43,750 nucleotides of DNA from Candidatus Glassbacteria bacterium (GCA_043805105.1 JAZDIG010000253.1:1-43750); one strand, 5' to 3'; shown: positions 29,096-36,175, numbered from the stretch's first letter. Numbers and translations: made by a program. The notes: generated from the letters alone by a model not told the origin.

Positions 29096-30208
29096 TTATA
29101 ACTCCTTTCGCGCAGTTCTTAGCAATTTGCGCCGTTGGCCATAGCGTCGCTCTTTGAGATTGCGCTCTATCTGGCGACGTATCATCTGGCGTTGGGCCGG
29201 ATCCGAGGGATCGAGCCGCCGCCTCCGCATATCTCCACCATACTCCAGCATGGTGCAGGCATCGTGGCATGTCTTGCAAAGGGATCGAAGCCATTCATTA
29301 GTTTCTGGTTTCGAATAGTCAACATGATGCACATCTCTGGCTGGCGCCTTGCAGAATACGCAGAGGCCTTGATCGAGTTTCAGACGGTTACGCCGCGCAT
29401 CATCCCACTGCTGAGATGTATAATCGGGCCGTCGCAGATAGAGTTTGGTAGATAGATTCTGAGTCGCTTTTCCCACTGGCGCTGTGACTTGATTTGAGAC
29501 GATCCATCGCGGATCATAACTGTAGTAAAAGCCTAAAGCTCGTGGGACATCGTATGCAAGCCGTGCGCCAGTTGGAACAGAATTCCCCTTCGGGTGCTCG
29601 ATAAAAGTGTCGAGAATGACTGATGCATGCGACTGGGGGTTGTCAATGGCATCAATCCTCGGGTACCAGGGGATAGAGGAAAGAGCCTCAATAACAGTCT
29701 CAAAATGCCCGAGACCTGCAAAGACCGGCTCAGACGGGACGCAACACTTACGGCCGAGGAAGACCGGCCATTTAGGGTTTTTTACCCAATCAGCACAAGC
29801 GTTGACCGTGTCGGGAGAGCCGAGGAGCGTTATCAGAAAGGATGCATCGTACAGGTATTGGCGACGGGAAAGGAGCGTCTCGTATTCACGGGTCGATGGA
29901 GTCCTCTTGAGACCCCCGTCCTTGCCGTCTGCACGGCGTATGCCGATTTTGGCTCCAGCCGTTTGGTAATCCCAGGCCAAGCTTCCAGCACGGTCCACTC
30001 GGACTCCCATGAACAGTTCCGTAAGCGGCTTGAGATGTTGCGGAGATTCTTCGCGACTGATCCCCTTGGCACAAAGCAACATCCCCAATACGCCGGATTT
30101 GCTCGGATAGGCGTCAGTACGACGTAACTGGAAGCGTGACGAGGTTCCCCAGGACTGCATGGGACCAGCCAGGCGCAGGAACAGAGTATTGTTGTCATCT
30201 TTACTCAT
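29096..30208 (-). CDS. cas5: Cas5e (CasD) fused to a C-terminal HNH nuclease domain and Arg-rich tail
   Basis: Start taken at ATG 30208, which has GGAG 8 nt upstream and lies 4 nt after the cas7 stop. 'LFLRLAGPMQSWGTSS...YPSKSGVLGMLLCAKGI' and 'RRQYLYDASFLITL..PVFLGRKCCVP' match E. coli CasD 'LILRLAGPMQAWGQPT..FPTRSGLLGLLGACLGI' and 'REYLCDASFTVAL..TPYLGRRSCP'. After about 240 aa comes 'CVFCKAPARDVHHVDYSKPETNEWLRSLCKTCH', a CxxC..HH..N..CxxCH HNH motif. The protein ends with 'RRRRLDP..RRQIERNLKERRYGQRRKLLRTARKEL'. Confidence 0.88.
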   Translation of the reverse strand: MSKDDNNTLFLRLAGPMQSWGTSSRFQLRRTDAYPSKSGVLGMLLCAKGISREESPQHLKPLTELFMGVRVDRAGSLAWDYQTAGAKIGIRRADGKDGGLKRTPSTREYETLLSRRQYLYDASFLITLLGSPDTVNACADWVKNPKWPVFLGRKCCVPSEPVFAGLGHFETVIEALSSIPWYPRIDAIDNPQSHASVILDTFIEHPKGNSVPTGARLAYDVPRALGFYYSYDPRWIVSNQVTAPVGKATQNLSTKLYLRRPDYTSQQWDDARRNRLKLDQGLCVFCKAPARDVHHVDYSKPETNEWLRSLCKTCHDACTMLEYGGDMRRRRLDPSDPAQRQMIRRQIERNLKERRYGQRRKLLRTARKEL

Positions 30209-30212
30209 ACAA

Positions 30213-31484
30213 TTACTCCGCTCTTTCATGCGTGGATATAAGAACAGTGACTGAATGAATGAGATCATCCAGTGTGCCGACTCGTTCAGCGTTTTTGGAC
30301 TCGACCGAAGCTGGTCCTACGGCCAGAAGTACCCTGCGCATATCAGCCGGCGAGAAGGCCGCCGCGATAACCTCAACGTACTCCTTCATCGCCTTTGCGG
30401 ATTCAGTCATCAGGTTTCGATCAGTCCCGCCTTCCACAGGCTGAAGAAACGCATTGGCATAACTGAGCGGTCGCTTTGAGTTGGACACTTCGACGAGAAT
30501 TAGTTCGGGGATGGAGTGCGCGGCAAACCCACTTTGCTTCCCGGTGGGGGTTGCGTAACAGGCGGCATTAATCAGAACACCTGCCACTCGCGCGGCATCC
30601 TTGCTGCTCAGGGTTGGAAGGTGCTTCCTCAAAGCATCGACGTCAAAATTAAGATACTTATAATAAACCGCCGCGTTAAAGTACGTCTCGGTCTCACCAG
30701 AGCCGAGATACGCCGCACCGGATTTTTCAGTCTGGGTTGATGCATAACTGCTTTTCAAATCATCCATCGCAGTGAAGTAGTCGCTCTCGATAAACGTCTC
30801 GTGAGTGCTTATCGCGTGGGCAACCTGGCACGCCGCCTCAACGTTAACAACCAGATCGCTGGTTGTCATTCTTCCGAACAGGCCGATATCAACCGTTAGA
30901 GAATTGCTTGCGATGGACGCCTCCTCGATAAAATGCTTAATCGATTTATCAAGTGCCTTCTTTTCTTCCTTCGAGGGCTTTTTCCCCTGCTTGATGAACC
31001 AATCGTAGGCTGCGCGATTACTTTTTCTGAATTCGGCTATCAGCCCGGCAATGCTGTGAGCAAAGGGTGGGGGAAAGAAAACCAGTTGGGAAGTCTTACC
31101 GTCCTCATCGCCCACCGATGTCAATGTCTCGGGTTCGTCTTTTTCATCACCATCAGCCGGGGTATCCCCGGTGTCGCGGTCATCCCCCTTGAATTTCCCG
31201 GCCAATGCGTTCATGAGTTTATCTATCTCATCGCCAGGAACGCCAAGGTTCCCCTTTTTAAGTTCGTCGGCTACCATCCGCGGCAGGTATTGCGTTCTGA
31301 CCGCGAGGTCATCACCGAAAACTTCCTTGAACTGGGGTGACAGGCGAATGTTTCGCTTCAGGCATTGGCTGCTAATACGGCCACGAGTCACTCCCCCAAA
31401 CAGACATTTTTTCGGCTGTCCGGTTTCGTCACGGTTAAGATTGCCTGGCGGCATGCTCTGGAGCATATGAATCTGAACAAACAT
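30213..31484 (-). CDS. cas7: Cas7e (CasC/Cse4) Cascade backbone subunit, enlarged (423 aa)
   Basis: 'FVQIHMLQSMPPGNLNRDETGQPKKCLFGGVTRGRISSQCLKRNIR' matches E. coli CasC '[45 protein letters not shown]'. 'GLFGRMTTSD...HAISTH' matches 'ALSGRMATSG..HAITTH'. A strong SD (AAGGAGGAGG) precedes the ATG. Confidence 0.92.
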   Translation of the reverse strand: MFVQIHMLQSMPPGNLNRDETGQPKKCLFGGVTRGRISSQCLKRNIRLSPQFKEVFGDDLAVRTQYLPRMVADELKKGNLGVPGDEIDKLMNALAGKFKGDDRDTGDTPADGDEKDEPETLTSVGDEDGKTSQLVFFPPPFAHSIAGLIAEFRKSNRAAYDWFIKQGKKPSKEEKKALDKSIKHFIEEASIASNSLTVDIGLFGRMTTSDLVVNVEAACQVAHAISTHETFIESDYFTAMDDLKSSYASTQTEKSGAAYLGSGETETYFNAAVYYKYLNFDVDALRKHLPTLSSKDAARVAGVLINAACYATPTGKQSGFAAHSIPELILVEVSNSKRPLSYANAFLQPVEGGTDRNLMTESAKAMKEYVEVIAAAFSPADMRRVLLAVGPASVESKNAERVGTLDDLIHSVTVLISTHERAE

Positions 31485-31513
31485 GAGAACCTCCTCCTTT
31501 AGTGAGTGGAACT

Positions 31514-33139
31514 TTAAAGCAGTCGATCAAGGCTAAAACAGAGGCCCGCCCAGTCGACTTTTTCTGGCATTCGCCGACGCATATTACTGTCGAGGGCGCT
31601 ACGAAGAGCGGCTTCCAGTCTTTGGCCGCGCGGGAATGAAACCGGGTACGGTGAATGGAAAGTTCGGCCCTGGTGGCGCTCGTCAGGTTGTCGCCTCAGC
31701 AATGAGCGCAACAGACAGAAAGTAGCATCAGCACGAGGAATGCGGGCGCGAGAGGGTACAGCGGCCATGAGCTTTAACACCAGCCACGCCACGTTTGGCG
31801 AAGGAAGCCCTTTTACAGTCCGGCGCAGCGGCCAGAGCAGACCAGTCAGGATGTCGAAAGCCGCTGGAGATTCTTGCATCTCCAGGTATGCGGCGGATGA
31901 CAATACAACCCAATCCGAATGCATGAGATGCCGAACCGCCGACAGTACAAACCGCTCTGAACCAACAGAACGAGATTTCTGTAGTGGTATCTTCCATCCG
32001 TCGAATCCCGTGGGTTTGTTATCAGGTTGCTTATTGTGAAGCATGTCCAGGGAAGGGTTAGTCAATTCAAGCTGTCGATGATCAAATGTCTTGTTATCAC
32101 TACCTGTGCAGGGAATTACCAAGTACCAAGACTGGTGGTCAGGATTTTGCACACAAACAGCCGCTTTAAAATCCGCACCCGAAAAGAGCAGGTCGCAGTC
32201 TTTCACAGCCAGCTCCTCACGCGTGCTTTTCATCGTCTTATAAGGATTTCCTTCGGTGTAAAAGGCTGCGGGGTCTTTCCACATAAAGGACTTTTTATCT
32301 GGGGTCTTCTTTGTCTCCTCGTTCTTCATATACACTATCGACTCGACTACGCTGCCGGGTTGGCCGCATCCCCAGCAGATTTGCGTGTTTTGAGACAATG
32401 AAAGTCGGATGCGCCTGGGGTTCCATGTAAACGCCTCCATATAAGGAATTGCTCTATCCTTAGCGGTTGGCTTAAAATAACCAGTCCACATTGGAGTGCC
32501 TGCAACACCGGTAAGGGGAACGAGATTAAGGCCAAGCGTGTTCGCCAGGTTGTTCCCGGAGGCGATTGCCACTATCGGAGGAGCACCGTGTATGGAAGGA
32601 GTCAGTCCTTGGCCGCCTGATTGGGTCCACGGGACGATACGGAGCATGCCGATTGTCGCACACCGCAAGCAAAGGCGCATGTTTTTGTCGTCACCGTGAT
32701 GAAAATGAGCGATGTTGCTGCCAGTCGCGAACTCGGCGAACAATGAGCCGACTGACTTGATTGTCGAGGTTTTCCTTTGAGCAGAAGGGTCTTGCAGAAA
32801 TGGGGCTGTTTCATCAAACATTCTGAAGTAGCCTTCTTCTTTTTCAATGGACTCAAGGACTTCTTGCGGCACTTCATCCCTTAGCAGCGATCCGCGGACT
32901 TTTTGCACCCCTCCCGCTTCATCAGCCTTCCAATAAAGCAGTGTCAGAAGAAAACGGTGTGCAGAAAAAAAATCGAGGGGACTCGCGAAAGCAAGGCAGT
33001 GCATTTCTCTTGCCCTTCTCAATGCATCCAGTGGAGAGTAGACCATCTCCACGGCATATTGATTAATCAACTTCAACCATGGGCTGGTAAGAACATTCCA
33101 GTTCGCTCCCTGGCAGAATTCTTTCACTGTATCAGACAT
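31514..33139 (-). CDS. cas8e: Cas8e (Cse1/CasA)-like large subunit
   Basis: First gene of the operon, about 541 aa from ATG 33139 (GGAG 6 nt upstream; the track's TTG 33169 is less likely). The N-terminal 'NVLTSPWLKL....SPLDAL....ASPLDFFSAHRFLLTLLYW' follows the Cse1 N-terminal pattern (N-L-[IL]-x-x-x-W-[IL]-P-V ... hydrophobic LL..L). The remainder was not matched to a motif from memory. Confidence 0.7.
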   Translation of the reverse strand: MSDTVKEFCQGANWNVLTSPWLKLINQYAVEMVYSPLDALRRAREMHCLAFASPLDFFSAHRFLLTLLYWKADEAGGVQKVRGSLLRDEVPQEVLESIEKEEGYFRMFDETAPFLQDPSAQRKTSTIKSVGSLFAEFATGSNIAHFHHGDDKNMRLCLRCATIGMLRIVPWTQSGGQGLTPSIHGAPPIVAIASGNNLANTLGLNLVPLTGVAGTPMWTGYFKPTAKDRAIPYMEAFTWNPRRIRLSLSQNTQICWGCGQPGSVVESIVYMKNEETKKTPDKKSFMWKDPAAFYTEGNPYKTMKSTREELAVKDCDLLFSGADFKAAVCVQNPDHQSWYLVIPCTGSDNKTFDHRQLELTNPSLDMLHNKQPDNKPTGFDGWKIPLQKSRSVGSERFVLSAVRHLMHSDWVVLSSAAYLEMQESPAAFDILTGLLWPLRRTVKGLPSPNVAWLVLKLMAAVPSRARIPRADATFCLLRSLLRRQPDERHQGRTFHSPYPVSFPRGQRLEAALRSALDSNMRRRMPEKVDWAGLCFSLDRLL

Positions 33140-33170
33140 TTGACACTCCATCTGATTGATCACTGGCAAC

Positions 33171-33413
33171 CTAATTGCCGGTAAGTTTGCTTGTGCGGCC
33201 AGTTAAATCTCCTTCTCTGCATAAGTTATCTTTACACCAGTAGAGAAGCGCGAGCAGGAACCGGATAACCGCAAACCGGTCCATCGGATTGGACGCAGCC
33301 ACCTGCCGTATCCGGCCAGCTTGGGTGAGTGCCTCCATGATTCCCACCCTACTGTTCTTTCCATCGGCCCACAGAACGGGAATCCACTGCTCATCGAGCA
33401 AGTTGTAGCTCAA
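33171..33413 (-). CDS. 80-codon ORF encoding a second, more canonical Cas8e N-terminal segment (fragment or possible pseudogene)
   Basis: 'SYNLLDEQWIPVLWADGK..GIMEAL....ASNPMDRFAVIRFLLALLYW' is a canonical Cse1 N-terminus (compare Thermus 'FNLIDEPWIPV'). It aligns without gaps over 60 aa to residues of the downstream full-length Cas8e. TTG start with AAGGAG 6 nt upstream. It ends at TAG 33171-33173, in a different frame from cas8e. Confidence 0.45.
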   Translation of the reverse strand: MSYNLLDEQWIPVLWADGKNSRVGIMEALTQAGRIRQVAASNPMDRFAVIRFLLALLYWCKDNLCREGDLTGRTSKLTGN

Positions 33414-33840
33414 GAGGAACTCCTTTCTGGCCTGAAGGTATTGGATAAGAACTCAAGGTCTTAAATGAACAATCAAGGTCAACCTCTTTTCATTCGTCCT
33501 ATTCACCTCCTTATTGCCAGATCGCTTTCATTCAGGCCGGGTAGTCCAGCATTACGACTCAGCTTGCCGAGTGATTCCATCATCAAGAATGCCGGAAAAT
33601 AAGCGATTATCGATCAGGAGAAGTCTGAGGGGGATAATTTATTATATAACGTATATCGTGATAACGCTATGCCTTGCGATGGAAAGTCTACTGATTAGAT
33701 TAATTGTATGCCATTTGCTGTCTTTTTACACAGTCTTGCTTGATTTATATCTTAATAAAAAGAAGTTTGTTGAGAATAATTCCTTGTATTCGCTTGTTTT
33801 TTCCCCTGAAGCAAATAAATCAGCCAGCAAAGGACGAAAA

Positions 33841-34392
33841 ATGAACGCCAAACTATCAGTTGACCCCAAGAAACTGAAAGACGCATTAAAGAAGATCAAA
33901 CTGTCAGACCGCAGATTTTCAGTGGGAGAGGCGGCTTTTTCTTTCAATGATGGCTGGTTGGAATTACAGGCACAAGGAGTTTCAGTTCAAATCACTGCCT
34001 CTGGAACCTGGCCCGGAAGGGTGCGAGTGAGCTTGTACAATCTCAGACCAATGCTTTCACATCCGCCGAAGGAAAATCCTTTGCTTATTCGTTTCCAGGA
34101 CGACCTTTTGTTTTTCGGTTCGTACTCTGTTTCTGCCCAATGGGAGGATATCAGCCCGCAGCCAGAATTAATTCCGATGGGCCTGTCATGGGTAGAGCTG
34201 TTGAAGCTAAGGTTCGAGTATCCAGAAGCGGCACTGATAAGCTCGGGAATGGCCCCAAAAATCGCTATGGCCGAGAAAAAATTTGAAATCAGGATTTCCA
34301 AAGCTGCGGCTCTTCTGGTCGAGACGGGAGTTAAGGAACAGGATCTGATGGAATTGGTTGTAGGTAAATTGGGAGAATCAAAAAAACGTTAG
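33841..34392 (+). CDS. Hypothetical protein (183 aa)
   Basis: The track ORF 33514..34392 starts at TTG inside an AT-rich, low-complexity stretch. ATG 33841 ('MNAKLSVDPKKLKDALKK') is the first plausible start. No family recognised. Confidence 0.5.
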   Translation: MNAKLSVDPKKLKDALKKIKLSDRRFSVGEAAFSFNDGWLELQAQGVSVQITASGTWPGRVRVSLYNLRPMLSHPPKENPLLIRFQDDLLFFGSYSVSAQWEDISPQPELIPMGLSWVELLKLRFEYPEAALISSGMAPKIAMAEKKFEIRISKAAALLVETGVKEQDLMELVVGKLGESKKR

Positions 34393-34466
34393 AATTATTC
34401 GGGTCGAAAGATGGTATTTTCCGGAATTTTCGGACACCTTAAAAACACGCACGCGAGGGCCGTGCA

Positions 34467-34495
34467 TTGACGAGACCTCGCAAATTTTTGATATT
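34467..34495 (+). promoter_or_regulatory. Sigma70-like promoter (TTGACG-N17-GATATT) followed by a tandem 9-mer
   Basis: TTGACG at 34467-34472, a 17-nt spacer, then GATATT at 34490-34495. The tandem direct repeat GTTGAGCAA GTTGAGCAA (34514-34531) lies between this and the ATG at 34551/34560. Confidence 0.3.
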
Positions 34496-34550
34496 AAGGT
34501 GGTGTAAAGTTTTGTTGAGCAAGTTGAGCAACTGATTCCACTGTTGAAGG

Positions 34551-34991
34551 ATGTGCGCAATGAGCGAATTGCTGCGAGAAAACGAGTTGCCGGACAACCA
34601 GCGGGCCAAAGCACTGTACGAGAAGGCGACCAAGGGGGAGCGGCCCGACCCACGCTTCCTGTACGCCCTGGCCCTGGCGTTGCTCCCGGTGAACGAGGAA
34701 CTGGAGAAAATCAGCCAGCGCCTGGAGGACTTCCTGTTCAACGTCCTACTCCAGAAGTCGGAGGCGGACTACCAGGCGCTGATGTGGAGCATCCTGCTAA
34801 ACATCCCGAAGGACGAGGCGGGGGAACCGGGGCAGCAGGAGCCGTTCCTGGTAGACCCGCAGGAGAAAAACCCGTACACGGCGGCCTACAGCCTACTGAC
34901 GTTGGTGGCCGAGCGCCTGAAAAGCCTGAATCCGTCAGTAAACCCACACGTCTGGAAACGGGACGAGCTGCTGGAGCTGGGGCAGCGATAG
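34551..34991 (+). CDS. Hypothetical protein (143-146 aa)
   Basis: 'MSELLRENELPDNQRAKALYEKATKGERPDPRFLYALALALLPVNEELEKI' looks like a real helical protein. The overlapping 34544..35014 frame is Pro/Gly/Ala-rich and is judged an artefact. The start could be ATG 34560. Confidence 0.5.
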   Translation: MCAMSELLRENELPDNQRAKALYEKATKGERPDPRFLYALALALLPVNEELEKISQRLEDFLFNVLLQKSEADYQALMWSILLNIPKDEAGEPGQQEPFLVDPQEKNPYTAAYSLLTLVAERLKSLNPSVNPHVWKRDELLELGQR

Positions 34992-35126
34992 CCGAAGAAG
35001 AAACCGTGGAATAAATTAGCTCGCAATAAAACAAAGTCGCAGTCATAGTCTACCAAATACCTGATATGGCTGGCGGCGGAGTAGACAAACTAACCACCGA
35101 CACAGGATTTTAATTCCGCTGCTGCT

Positions 35127-35750
35127 CTACATTTGATCTTGAGCGCCATTTCTCACAATCTCCAATCCCTGCTTTTTCCGGTGGGCGTCCAGCCGCTGTT
35201 GAGCCAGCTCCAGTTGCTTGCCCAAGTCAGGCCGCTCTTCCTTGCGCGCCTTGTCGATAAACTTGCCGAGCACCCGGCCGTAGAGCTCCAACGCCTTCTC
35301 CTTGCTCGCGAATGACAGCTCCATGCGCTCTTCCACAGCCTCCCCGAGCTTGGTCGGGTAGCGCCGCACGGTACGCCGCACGCTCTTGATCGCGGCCGCC
35401 GTCTGGTCGTCGATGTCGGCGCTCGACTTGAAGGTCACGCCGGCATCCGTCCACTCGACGGCACGGCGTATATCGAACACGCACAGCCGGGCCAACTCCT
35501 GCATCCAGCGCTCAGAGTCCAGATCGATCTTTTTCAGTAGCTTGGTAGTCAACTCATTGATGCGCGCGCGAATCTCAGGTTTTTTCAGCAGTCTATTAGC
35601 AAGTGTCGCTGCCGAATTGCGTGCCAGATGCGACCGCAAATCCAAAGCAGCCACGGTTCCGTTGCGTTTCTGCTTGAGGTACTCGTGGCAGAATTCTTCC
35701 TCGAAACTACTCAATCCACACTTATTGGTTGCATGATCTTGCGTTGACAT
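35127..35750 (-). CDS. Phage terminase small subunit (Terminase_2 / P27-like)
   Basis: 'FCHEYLKQKRNGTVAA...SAATLANRLLKKPEIRARINELT....ERWMQELARLCVFDIR' matches the terS pattern F[C]xEYLxxxNxTxAA...A...LLxxPxIxxxI...vlxELaxIAFxD. ATG 35750 is preferred; the track's start at 35771 is a TTG. Confidence 0.75.
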   Translation of the reverse strand: MSTQDHATNKCGLSSFEEEFCHEYLKQKRNGTVAALDLRSHLARNSAATLANRLLKKPEIRARINELTTKLLKKIDLDSERWMQELARLCVFDIRRAVEWTDAGVTFKSSADIDDQTAAAIKSVRRTVRRYPTKLGEAVEERMELSFASKEKALELYGRVLGKFIDKARKEERPDLGKQLELAQQRLDAHRKKQGLEIVRNGAQDQM

Positions 35751-36125
35751 ATTTGCATCCCTTCTTATCAAATTTTAAGCGCCAACTTATCAAAACCTTA
35801 CCGGTTTTGGTAATTTCACCCTGATAGCTTAGTTATCTGAATGTGTACATCTTGATCTTTCTCTCTAATTCATGCAGTCTACATACTTCTGCCCCTTTTG
35901 TTCAATCTTGTAGGAATTGAAATTAGTAGTCGCAAATGTCGAACAAAGAATTAATTCAGTCTCCACAATAGACGATTACTTTGCCAGACCTTGCCAAAAT
36001 CCATGTGAATTCTTGGCAATCTTGTGAGTTCTTGACAATCGACCCGAAAACGAGCAAATGCGGCAGCCATGCGGCTTTGGGTTTGTTTTCAACAGGTTAC
36101 GAGTTTTCTAATAATACCATAACTA

Positions 36126-36175
36126 CACGCTTGACATGCAAGAGGTCACTGGTTCAAGTCCAGTATCGCCCACCA
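36126..36175 (+). pseudogene. 3' half of a tRNA-Val(GAC) (anticodon loop to CCA), not an intact tRNA; att-site-like remnant
   Basis: The segment reads cacgc-TTGACAT-gcaag-aggtc-actgg-TTCAAGT-ccagt-atcgccc-a-CCA. The T arm and 5-nt variable loop are perfect. The 7-nt anticodon loop is identical to that of E. coli tRNA-Val(GAC). Only 3 of 5 anticodon-stem pairs form. The upstream sequence is AT-rich, has no D arm, and lacks the 'gggcgat' needed to pair with the acceptor 3' strand. Confidence 0.7.

Noticed and set aside
33139-33413. Single frameshifted cas8e spanning both the 80-codon ORF and the 551-codon ORF
   Set aside because: Joining them would give a protein with two consecutive copies of the same N-terminal segment. 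Each copy also has its own SD and start codon. A fragment plus a complete gene is the simpler reading.
33514-33840. N-terminal 109 codons of the 292-aa track ORF (TTG start)
   Set aside because: The stretch is AT-rich, its composition looks non-coding, and it follows a non-ATG start. The first ATG with a plausible context is at 33841. This region more likely carries divergent promoters.
34544-35014. 156-aa ORF overlapping the 34551..34991 ORF in another frame
   Set aside because: The translation is low-complexity and rich in Pro/Gly/Ala/Arg. The 34551 frame gives an ordinary helical protein sequence.
35387-35396. Possible self-targeting: the reverse complement of spacer 24208-24239 matches terS over tgatcgcggc
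   Set aside because: Only 10 contiguous nt match and the flanks diverge completely, which is consistent with chance. A proper all-spacer search is still needed.
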